This document shows, piece after piece, positions 49,217 through 60,769 of a stretch of 64,000 nt of DNA (position 1 is its first letter; every line of letters begins with the position of its first letter). Origin of the DNA: Atractiella rhizophila (lineage: Eukaryota); assembly GCA_021432655.1 (NCBI GenBank), contig MU271238.1, positions 1-64,000 on the forward strand, written 5' to 3'. Below the pieces are notes generated by a model. It ran no database searches. It saw only the letters and a list, made by a program, of their open reading frames with translations, and was not told the DNA's origin. Both the position numbers and the translations under genes were made by a program.

Positions 49217-52200
49217 ATGGCTTCACTAGGCCAGCCTATGGGTCTTCGTGCGTCGCCCCTATAATTCTCTCGCAGCGGGAAGGGAGAAGTATTGACTTGC
49301 CATCTGGTAGCTTTAGAAGAGCATGTTGTGCTCAAAGGTTACTTGTTGAAGAAGAAATCCAAGAGGTTACAAGGTGTGCTCTTCCCTGGGAGTTGGGTTC
49401 GAAGCAGAAGCTCATCATCTTGTTCCCTAGGTTTCGCTAGACGACACTTCACGTTGTCAAACACCGTACCTATTCCTTCCATTTCTCTTCTCTCCCGTCA
49501 CATGACGCGAAACAGGGTGTGCTATCGTACTCTTTCACTCCCGACACCCCAGCCCGTCAGCGCGTAAACATCCACCACTGCACCATCAGCGTCCCCCACC
49601 CGCCTCCGCCCTCTCAACATCCACAACCGCCAGGACATGTCCCTCGCACCCCCAGGAGTTTTAACATCGACACGGGTCGGGAGGTATGGCATCTGCGTGC
49701 CCTGAACGAGGCGGACTTTGATTTGTGGACAAACACGCTTGGGAGGTTGGTGAAGTCTGGCGGTGCGGGAAAGAGGAAGAGAGAGAGCTTGGGGATGGCA
49801 ATGATGGGAGGAAAGGGAAGGGCACTAGAGGAAGTCGAGCGGCTCGGAACTGTGTGTCCTTTTTTACTCTCAGTAACCTTGACCGAACGAGCCGATGGTT
49901 TGTGTCAAGGACTTGGAAACCCTTCAGGAGCTATTGAATAAGGTCAAAGCGGAAGTGGGTGCAAAGCGTCAGCCGAGTAGACAAGGGTCTTTTGTCGAAG
50001 CACATCAAACGGAGGGGAAGGATAAAGACCATAAAGAACATCCAGCTCCTACGGAGAAGGAGAGACCCGGTGGAGGTGGGAAACTGGCAAAGATATTCAA
50101 GAAGGGTTTGTCCTTTCTGCCCTTTCCGATATATTATGGTTTATTGATTTTGCTTTATGCAAAGGTCATTCTAAGGCTCCCAACGTCAATGGTGGAACAG
50201 AAGGGAGTCTTGCCGCCTCTTCCTCTCCTGGCTTGACGGTAACGACAAACGGTCTACCGTCTACGCCTTCCTCATCATCTTTCCTTGATGCGCACACACC
50301 AACAACCCCGAGCGCTCCCACGTCCCGATCGTTATCGCAAGACTCCACACTCAGCTCGCACCTCGGCAGCCTCTTCGACCTCCTCGAAAGCATGAAACAA
50401 ACACATTCCGCATTGACCGCCTCCCTCTCTTCCTTGGCACTCACCCCTTTACCTCCCGACTTAACTCCCGGCGCAACTACTCCTCTCCCTCCCATTGCAG
50501 AGGCAGAAGGACCAACGGTCCGGGGACGCGAAGCGTTTTACACACCACCTTCCCAATCCGCATCCTTCTCCTCACTCAGCGGAAACTTCTTACCTTCTCT
50601 TCTCCCCGGCTTGACAACTTTTGTGAATCCAGCTTATGGGTTAGGATATAGTTTCTCGAGTAGTAGTCTAGGCCTAGGAAGGAGGTCAAGCCTTGATTCT
50701 ACCACTACGGCTGGGGGGTATGTGGATGCTGAAGAGGGCGAGTTCTTGGAGGTCGATGGATTTGATGAGGAGAGCGACGAATTGGTGGAGGACGAGAAGG
50801 AGGGTCACGGGGGAACGCTTGATAGTTCAGTTGCCAGTTCCAGCATCTTGAAAGAACTGAAGGGGTCTGAGGAGAGCGTTGAAACCGGACTAGAACCCAA
50901 GAAAGAGGAAGGGAAATTGAACAAGGTTGCGAGGGAGAAGAGGAGGGAGCAGTTGCCGGCTCCCGTTAGTGGAGAGGAGCTGAGTCTGGGAGGATTGATA
51001 AGGAAGAGCATTGGGAAGGACATGACGAAGATGGCGATGCCTATATCGATGAACGAACCGCTTTCCGCCCTCCAACGGGTCGCGGAGGAGTTTGAATACT
51101 CAAGCTTGTTGGATAAAGCTGCAGCGAGTGCTGGGGAGGAGAGAACGATGTGGATCGCTGCTTTTGCCGTGAGCGCATTTGGAGGGACTGCTTGGAGGGG
51201 TAGCAGAAAACCTTTGTGCGTCACCTTCAGCTTTCGCAGTCCCCCTTGCAATCTTTCTCTGTGTGATCCCACTAATCTTTGGTGTTTAGCAACCCTATGA
51301 TGGGGGAGACATATGAGCTCGTGGATGAGGAACAAGGAATGAAATTCATCGCTGAAAAGGTGTCCCATCATCCTCCTATCATGGCTGCACACGTAGAGGG
51401 AAAGGGCTGGACAGTGGAGGGCACAAGCGGGATGAATCAGAAGTTTTGGGGTCGCGTGCGTCTTTGGTATCTCTTCTGGGTATAGAGTAGGACTCATGTG
51501 TTCTCTCATAAAACAGAGCGTAGAGTTTACCTATGATGGGTCGAATCGCATCAAGTTTGAGGACGGCGAGGAGTACGGGTGGACCAAACCTTCTACTTTC
51601 ATTGAAAATATCATGCAACGTTCGTGGACGCTCTTCCTTTACCGCAGAAGGAGATGTCTGATGCTTGGATCGTGAACAGCGGAAAAGAAAATCAACCATA
51701 AGGGCAAGATGCATGTCACCCGCCTCTCCCCGTCTCACGGTCCCTCTGCAACCATCACATTTGATGCTGGATCTCGAGACATATGGGGAAACCTGAAAAA
51801 TGCAACGGATACGGACTGGCTCTTGAAGGGAGAAGTGAAGGATTCGCGAGGGAAGAAGGCCATAGACCTCGTTGGGAGGTGGAATGAATGCTTTATGCGG
51901 ATGAAGAATGAAGATGAGGTCCAAATCCTCTGGAGGTGTAGCGAATTTCCTCACGACTGCAGGACGTACTATGGATTTTCGAAGTGGGCGATTGGGCTCA
52001 ATGAGCTCAGGAAGGAAATCGAAGTAAGTTTTCTCTTGGTTCCTTCCTACGGAAAAAGCTGAGATGCAACTCGATTAGCCATTCCTTCCACCCACCGACT
52101 CTCGCTTACGTCCTGACCAGCGCCTCTTCGAGAACGGGAAAGTGGACGAGGCCGAAAAGGTCAAGACAAAGCTGGAAGCTAAGCAGCGGAAGAGACGCGA

Positions 52201-52321
52201 GGAACATGGAGAGGTTATGCCCTCCTTCTTCGTCAAGAAAGGAGAGGACTGGGTCTATAGAGGCGGGTATTGGGAACGGAGAAAGAAGAAGGATTGGAAA
52301 CAGGCGCCAGATATCTTTTAG
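49217..52321 (+). CDS. Oxysterol-binding protein (PH + ORD; Osh3-like)
   Basis: PH: LKGYLLKKKSKRLQG/FARRHF, WHLRA. ORD: GKDMTKMAMPISMNEPLSALQR, RKP/NPMMGETYE, EKVSHHPP, LPPTDSRLRPDQR, YW. Confidence 0.92.
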
Positions 52322-52565
52322 ATGCTTGGAAGCTATTTGTACGGATTCCCCAATCAGTTTATCTTCGACTTTCTTATTTATAACACGCTTTATTTCTTTA
52401 TATTCCAACTCCACCACTCTAACCAGTACCCTGTTGTGGATATGCTCCTTGTAGACAGATCAAGGATGTAAAGACGACATTCTGTGAGTTGTGATATTAC
52501 ATTGAAACTCTTGCACTCTTATTCCACAAGACCAGTTACGCTTGCCCCTTTGGGACCAAGGATCA

Positions 52566-54162
52566 CTAAAGGGCAAAGATGGAGATTCCTGGCGCAATGA
52601 AATGTGGATGGTCGCACTTTTACTTGATCAACTACGCTTCCAACCGAAAAGGCGAGAGACCTTACCTCAAGGGTATTTTCTAAGTCCTTGATCTTGCCAG
52701 CACCTGGACAAAGGAGATCTCCGTTAGTCTTTTGAGTGAAGACGGTTGCACAGTAACAAACCGCTGAGGACCCAGAGTGTATCAACCCCGCCATTCCTCC
52801 CAAACTTGATGTCTGTGTCCAATCGATCTCCTACCATGAGTGCACGGGACTTGTCAAAGCTGAGTCTGCTCAGCAGCCGTGTGTTTGTAAGTGGGGCACC
52901 GTAGAGGTATGAGGGAAATGTCGCGCACTTGTGATGTATACTGTCGAAGAAAATCTGGTTCGGCTTTCCTACGATTAGTGTCGCTTCAGGAAGATCAGGT
53001 CGAGCGTGCAACAACGGTGCAGCTAGCGCTCCCTCCCCTACAACACAAACTTCAGTCTATTTCAACTTGAGTAGACAGCTGGAAAACTAACCAGGAGCGT
53101 TAAGGCCATTAGCAAGTGGGACATTCGAATCCGCGTTCGTACTATTCCACTTTACGTGAGGAATCATCCGACCTTCGAAGATATAAACGAACAGCACGAG
53201 TTTGGCAGCGCGACCCTTGGCATTTTCTTCCTTGTGAGAAAGGATAGCGTATGCGTGTGCAAGCTTGTTATAGTTCATATGCATGTCCTTCCCCCCACAT
53301 CGGCTCTCTGCTGAAGGAAACATGGGAATCTTACAAATCCGACTAAGACGACACCAATATGTGGTTTTGGCTCGATGCTACTAAAATCTTGGTAAGGTAA
53401 ATGGCTAGAGTACTTCTCATCCTACAATCTCCAGCTTAGCACAAAAGTTCAGAGCAAGATAACGAGGATAGGCTCACTGTACCTCCTTCCCACTCTAGAC
53501 CAACAGCTACCATCTCATCTTCGAGTCCCTTCTGTCCTATCAGGAATATACCCCTATTGGAAGGTTCAAGCTGCGGCAGTAACATGTGCTTGAGAAAATA
53601 TGCTGATGCGTGGGCAGAGGTGAAAAGCTCGTCCTATGCATAAAATCATGTTCAATTCAAAGAATTTCTTCTCCTCTTGTTAAAAGTAAGTAGAAGTGAG
53701 AGGTAGGACGTACCTCATGGCAGAAAACACCTAATCTTTCAAACTTCTCCTTGTACATTTGCCGAGAGAGAGTAGCATTGTTGGTACAGAACACAACCGT
53801 CTTGCCTAGTTTCCGGAGGTGATCCAACGCTTCTTTCGCCCGTCCTATGAGATCGTCGTTGATCCAAAGGACACCTGCGAAACATCGATCAGCCTGATGT
53901 TGAGGTCATAAATGACTGTTTAGTCGATCTGCCCAGCCTCGGGTTTTGAAGTCTGGCTTTCGTGCAAGAGCACAAATCGTTTCAAACGGAGAATAACAAT
54001 ACATGCAAGTAGAGTGAGCCAGTATCACTGCAGAAGATAGAGGAACATCAGAGGCGAAGAAGAAAGTGCCTACGCACCATCGCAATCAAAGATAAACACG
54101 TCATATTTGTCCAAAAAGCTTTTGAGGAATTCCTTGTCTTCATGAGGAATATGTTGAGGCAT
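52566..54162 (-). CDS. PHO13: HAD IIA phosphatase (p-nitrophenyl/phosphoglycolate phosphatase)
   Basis: FIFDCDG/VLW, FCTNNATLSR, TNADS, VGKPNQ, MVGDRLDTDIKFG. Confidence 0.88.
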
Positions 54163-54445
54163 CTTGAGGTTCAACACAATGACAATGATATGGTGCGGAT
54201 GAAGCCAATTCAAAAAACCGGTCCAAGAATAAAAAAACCCCAAAACCAAACAAGGGAAAAGTCTGGCTCGAATCATCGGGAAGGCTGTAAAGAGAATACA
54301 CGAATCATCGAGCTTCTTCGAGATCCTGTTGACTCGAACATGGGGTATATAGGGAGCAACATGTTTATGGCAGCCTCACGAAACCAACCAGCCAAACAAC
54401 GAATCCCTAAGGCAAAAAAGGCGAAACAGAAGATAGAATCAAAAG

Positions 54446-55161
54446 ATGGGCAAAACGTGGAAGACGACTGAACCAGCTCGCACTAAACGACTTGAAGCTA
54501 AGGTTCGTGTGACTTAGATCCCACAGTCATTGATCTGACCATTGCGTAACTATATCATAGGAGAAAGCTCAAGCTATAACAATTGAGGAGATTGTAACTC
54601 CTCATCCACTCGCAAAGCGGCCAAAGACCTCAATTCTGGACCGTTCACTTGAACGACATACTTCCAAACTCGTCAATACCCGCGACGAATGCACGGGCTA
54701 CCCGTACACGTTCGAGAAGGTGGGAGGAAGGAAAGGAACGTCGAAACTACCATTTAAACTCGCCAACAAGACCCCTTTCGATGTCACGACCATTTCGAGT
54801 CAACCTCGCGCGACATCCAAGAGGCTGTCAAATTCCACTCGTCGACAGTCCTCGTTGGACTTATCTGCAAGTGAGAGTGAGAGCGAGGAAGAGACGGAGA
54901 AGGAGGGAGGAAGCGTAAAGGAAGAAGATTCATGGGCTGTCAAAGTGACATTCACAAATAGTGCGGCTTCCTTCCCTCTAACCAGCACACCAGTACAAAC
55001 GAGCTGATGTTTCATGTACAGAGCGAAGACGACCAAGGGAGGATAATGATTTTGAGATGGTCAAGAGGGCGGACATCGTTTCTCTTGACTCGTCGGATAC
55101 AGAGAGCGTACGGAGCGAATGGGAAGTTGTTGAGGATCTTTCGGCTTCTTTCTGTCGGTAG
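54446..55161 (+). CDS. Hypothetical protein, 3 exons, with acidic AIM/LIR-like motifs
   Basis: Introns 54503-54560 and 54961-55021 give a continuous frame MGKTWKTTEP..DFEMV..SEWEVVEDLSASFCR*. Confidence 0.6.
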
Positions 55162-55538
55162 TCTCCAAGCCCAGATTATTATCTATTCTTCAGGATTCTA
55201 CGTAGTTTGGGTTTATGGATACCGCACTTATATTGTGTCAGAGAATGACATTAATGACGCTATGGCTTTTTTGAATCTCCAGATTGTTCGCAGCACGAGA
55301 TGTGGAGGGAATTTGGATATGCCAACGAAACGTGAACAAGCAAACTGAACTGAGGCCAGTGCGATGTAACCATTTGCTAGCAGGCTCCACTGAATCCAAT
55401 TTCCCCGACCAACGGGCTCATACGAGTGCAAATATATCAGGAATTATAAGTATTCATTGGTTCTTGGCTACAACTTGCACACTGTACTCTGACGAAGAGT
55501 ACCCGTCATTTCCTTCCACATCGGCCGAAGGCTCCAGC

Positions 55539-57068
55539 CTATATCTCCAATGAGCCTTCCTTCAAGAATGAGCAATCGACACACCTTTTTTCCAAATTTG
55601 TCACCGTTTCAACATCGACTACCACACTGTCATAACTAACTGGAAAACCTCCCTCCATTCTTCTTCCCAAGCTCTGAAGGTGTACCTCCTGTCCGTCTTG
55701 TTTATCAGGTGGATTGTGACCCCCAACGGTTGGAATTATATTATTTTGCCGCCCAGGACCACTGCCACTTGACGGACCCCCGTCTCGCGAGTTTGCGTCA
55801 GAAGCGGCAGATCGAAGGTGGAGAATAATGCGGGAGGCCATCATAGTTGTGAAGACGAGTGTGAGCGGTCCGTTGAGAACTGGGTTGACTACCGTGGGGA
55901 TGCTATTTCAACTGCATCAGTTAAGAGAATGGTGTGTGTGTAGGAAAGGGAATTAAAACAACTGACGAAAAATAAATCACATTGACCAGATTGCAAATAA
56001 ACACCACGAAAAAGTAAATCACCCCATCGCGAGCGAAAATGGTGAGGAGTCGCGTGCGAGGTGACTTGCGCCAGTGAGAAATGAGAGGTCTGATTATTTT
56101 CAGCAACAACTTGAGCCTGCAGTTAGACGGGAGGACTCATGTGACGCACATGAGCATGAACACCGTTGCTGTGGTGTCGTAGAGAAGAGGCGGGATCCTG
56201 TACGCTCCCTCGTCAAGCTGATCCAAGTTTAGTATGGCGACGAACCAATACACCCATATGTAACTGCAAGAAGCATCAGACTGGTTAATGCTAGATTGGG
56301 AAAGAGACAAATCACTTCTGACCACCTCTGACAGAAATGCACCCTCTCAAGCCGGGAGGTCTGCTCAACTCGTCAACACACTCTCCCAAATAATTGAAAA
56401 CCTACAAAACTAGAGCCTTGTTCGGAGCAATCGCCCAGATCTCAATTACAAGACCACAGATAGCAAATATTCCAAAGAACCAAATAATCCACCTCCGGCG
56501 GTTCCACATCGCCAACACTCTCGCGCCAAGTAGGAATTCACAACTCACTACATTCAAATTCGTGGCAGTCAGTTTTTTGAGCCTCGAATGCCAATAGGAG
56601 GCGAGAAACGCACGAAAGAGAAGGCTGGTCGCGACAGGTTCAAGAATATGGACTTTTTCGCAGGTCTTTGGATCGATTTTGAACCAGAAGAAACACATGA
56701 ACATGACAATGTCCAGAAGTCCCCAGTAACTTCAGATTCAGTTCAGCCTTGAGCCTGTAGATCCAATGAGAGGCCTACCGGTTGAAAAAGAAGGCGACGC
56801 GGACTGGAGTCCAACGCTCCGCCTTCCACATGGTCCTGTACTCGTCTGGGAAAGTAAGAATGAAATCCCATCCGTAGATCGCAAAACAAGCTATCATCCG
56901 GTTCAGTGACATTCGCAGTTGGAGGCGGGCAGTGCGCGAACCGGTGAGATAGGTACGACTAGCAGAGAGCACTTCCTCGAGAGCTTCACGCTGGAGAGCG
57001 AGAGTGAGCTGTTCGTCTAAGCTGGGATTTGCTTCGCCAGCTGAAGGGATGGCATCAGAAGAGGACAT
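55539..57068 (-). CDS. Fungal DUF6533 multi-pass membrane protein
   Basis: ACFAIYGWDFILTFPDEYRTMWK..FFFNRYW; LGARVLAMW; ARDGVIYF; MASRIILHLR. Confidence 0.85.
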
Positions 57069-57275
57069 TGTCTTTCCTTATCTGGGACAAGTTTACGCAC
57101 TGTTTCAGTCATAGGAGGAGGCAAACGACACCCTTTATAGTCCCAACCTGAATAGGTAGCTGATCATGGCCTTCCCGCGCTGAAGATAGCAAAACGCACA
57201 TTTCACTTGCACATCTTGCACGTCAATACGAAAGCACTGATCGAGAACGACCCACCCATTGAGCAGTGGGGTCTA

Positions 57276-60200
57276 GTGGATCATCACTTCTGTACGACTA
57301 CAGTAATAAGAACGACGATCTTTGCTCTGAGATCTCTCTCGCCACATTCAGCAAAGCGCTTCAGCTTGTTCTGTCAACACTCCTGCACGAACATCCGCAT
57401 GGTTCTGAGAACAAGGTTGGTGGTCACTAGACTTCAAGTTATTTCATCGCACCCAAGTGCTTTCCTTTTATGGAATTCACTTGAGTAGAAGGTGACGAGA
57501 AGCATCGAGAACAATATGGATGCAAAAGGTGAGGATGCAAAAGGTGTTCTGTTGCTCGAACCCTTCCTGAGAGGCGAGTCAACCGATCTATGCTCCACGT
57601 TCCATCAACAATCTCTTCTCAAAGTCTGCCTCGCAAGCGCTAGAAGCACTTGGTTCTCCCTCGCGATCGCGTTCGTCACATTCTCGCTGTAAAACTTGAA
57701 CGCCACCACGTAGGATTCTTGTTGGGCTGGAGGCGTGGAATACTCTTTTGAACATCACCGTAACATCCTGAATGTGGTGAGTAAACATCGATAGAGGGAT
57801 CCTGATCAAGCTTCCAACCTAACTAAATTGAAAAAAAAAACACTCTTTGTGAATTGTATACGGATTGTCAATGGGAAGACTCTAAGCTGGAACGACTAGT
57901 CTGCTTCTTTATAAAAGACTTTCTAGCTCAGGAGTCGTTCTGGAAGGGGCAGCCTAAGTAATGAATCACACAATGAAATGCTGGACTTGTCTAACCGTGG
58001 TGGCCTAAAGAGGATGAATATCAATTATGCTTGGAATGGGGGGTGTATTAGACCACCGCCTAGCATAAGCACCTCCTCTCACCGATCACAAAGAGATGGA
58101 GATGAAGCAATGTCGGTTCGTCTCCCCTCCCCTCCATCGCGATATCGGTGCAACGATCCAACATCTGTTTCTCAGGTCCTATCCACTGCTGAGCTCGTCT
58201 CGATACTTAATGTCTGCCAACGCGGCCGGGTGAATGACTTGACAACAGAAGGAAAGGGAGGTGAACAGCTGCGGAGGCTAGAGGAGATATTGGGAGCACG
58301 CACTTAGGCCGCTTCCTCGCCCTCGAACCAGTATCACCCAACAACCATATTGTACACCTCCTTCGCCGGTCTCAGCGTCTCAGCCTCTTCGCTTCAGGAG
58401 ATCTCCTGTAGTTTTGCTTAGGTTTACTTAGTGATAGAGTCATGGACGTGCTCTGCCTTCAGTGCGTTAACCTCCTTAGGTAACACCGTGACATTAAATG
58501 CCACTCATGCTCCCGCCATAGCTAGGACTGTCACAAAACGCAAGCATTCCAACTCCATTCACCTTACGTAATGGCTGACTGCTGTTGAACCTCTTTAAGC
58601 TGTCCATATCCTTGCACAGCACAATCGGGATACCAATAACTTTCACTTTTACGGCAAAACGAATAATGTGTTTAGAGCACATACACATTTCGAGGAGTTC
58701 GAGGTATGCAGTTCCAAGTGTCTGCCAATACTTGGCAAAGGAGCCTTGTCTATTGAATGTTTCTGGATCCAAGGTGAGGAGCTCGTTGAAGTGCAAAAGT
58801 GCTACCGTTCGAAGACGGCACTGCTCCGTGGAACTAGGTGGCGCTCAAGACAGACAGTCTGTAGTGTCGTTTATTCAACCTTGCCCAAGCACATTTTCAT
58901 CAGAGTTGACGAGAGCAACTGACTGAGCGTTGATGATTTCGGTGAGACGACCGGAGCTGGTACACGACAAATTGAAGAAGAGGGGGACGGATACTGGAAT
59001 GATGACAGTGGATCATCACTTCTGTACGACTACAGTAATAAGAACGACGATCTTTGCTCTGAGATCTCTCTCGCCACATTCAGCAAAGCGCTTCAGCTTG
59101 TTTCTGTCAACACTCCTGCACGAACATCCGCATGGTTCTGAGAACAAGGTTGGTGGTCACTAGACTTCAAGTTATTTCATCGCACCCAAGTACTTTCCTT
59201 TTATGGAATTCGTTTAAGCAGAAGGAGACGAGAAGCATCGAGAACAATATGGATGCAAAAGGTGAGGATAGTGTTCTGTTGCTCGAACCCTTCCTGTGAA
59301 GCGAGTCAACCGATCTATGCTCCACGTTCCATCAACAATCTCTTCTCAAAGTCTGCCTCGCGCGCGCTAGAAGCACTTGGTTTCTCCCTCTCGATCGCCT
59401 TTGTTACATTCTCGCTGTAAAACTTGAACACAACCACGCAGGATTCTTGTTGGGCTGGAGGCATGGAATACTCCTCCACTGAATCTTTGGAGATTCTAAG
59501 GTGGAAAGGGAAGGGCAAGAGTCTGCAGTCTTGCTGAGTGCAGAAGGTTGAACACGGGAACCTCTTTGGGCACTACCGTAACATCCTGAATGGGCGACTA
59601 CAGATCGATAGAGGAATCCTGATCAGGCTTCCAACCTGAGTAAATTGAATGTATAAGGATTGTAAATGTGAACACTCAAAGGTGGAATGACCGGTCTTCT
59701 TTATAAGACCCTCTAGCTCAGGAGCCGTTCTGGAAGGGCAGGCTAAGTAATGAATCACACAATGAAATGCTGGACTCGTCTGACCATGGTGGCCTAAAGA
59801 GGATGAATATCAATTATGCTTGCAATAGGATTGGATTAGACCACTGCCTAGCATAAGCCCCTCCCCTCGCCCAGCACAAAGAGATGGAATGTCGGTTTGC
59901 CTCCCCTCCCCCTCCATCGCGATATCGGTGCAACGATCCAACACTATCCACCGCTGAGCTCGTCTCGATATATAACGTCGCTTGCCAAGGCGGTAGGAGG
60001 AATGAGTTGACAACAGAAGGAAAGGGAGGTGAGCAGTCGCGGAGGCGAGAGGAACGATTGGGAGCACACTTCGGCCGCTTCCTCGCCCTCGAACCAGAGT
60101 TCCAGACATCCCCAACAACCATATTGTACACCCCGTCGCCGTCGTAGCTCTTCAGGAGGACGATCTCCGGTAGTTTGCTCAGGTTTACTTAGTGATAGAG

Positions 60201-60730
60201 TCATGGACGTGCTCTGCCAGTGCGTTAGCCTCCTCAAGCAACACCGTGACATTAAATGCCACTCATGCTCCCGCCATAGCTAGGACTGCCACAGAACTAG
60301 GACTGCTACAAAACGCAAGCATTCCAAATCCATTCACCTTACGTAATGGCTGACTGCTGTTGACTTCTTTGAACCTCTCTCAGCTATCCACATCCTTGCA
60401 GAGCACAATCGGGATACCAATAACTTTCACTTTTACGGCAAAACGAATAATGTGTTCGACGACTGTAGAGCACATACACATTTCGAGGAGTACGAGGTAT
60501 GCAGTTCCAAGTGTCTGCCAATGCTTGGCAAAGGAGCCCTTGTCGATTGGTTGTCTCCGGATCCAAGCAAGGTGTGAGGAGCTCGTTGAAGTGCAAAAGT
60601 GCTACCGTTCGAAGCACTGCTCCGTGGAACTAGGTGGCGCTCAAGACCGACAATCTGTTGTGTCGTTTATTCAACGTTGCCCAAGCACACTTTCATAAGA
60701 GTTGACCAGAGCAACTGACTGAGCGTCGAT
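57276..60730. repeat. Diverged duplicated block A (57276-59007) / A' (59008-~60730)
   Basis: Both begin 'gtggatcatcacttctgtacg' and align throughout with substitutions and indels. Confidence 0.9.
57900..60730 (-). pseudogene. Degenerate reading frames (two versions) of an unknown Leu/Cys-rich gene
   Basis: Fragments such as LRTVALLHFNELLT, LGTAYLELLEMC and YGCWGCLELWFEGEEAA are interrupted by stops and frameshifts that differ between copies. Confidence 0.35.
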
Positions 60731-60769
60731 TTCGGCGACATTTTTGGAGACGACTGGAGCAGGTACAGC

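Noticed and set aside
53875..54077. TPP riboswitch in the PHO13 intron
   Set aside because: Conserved TPP aptamer motifs (CUGAGA, GAUAAU..GCG) are absent.
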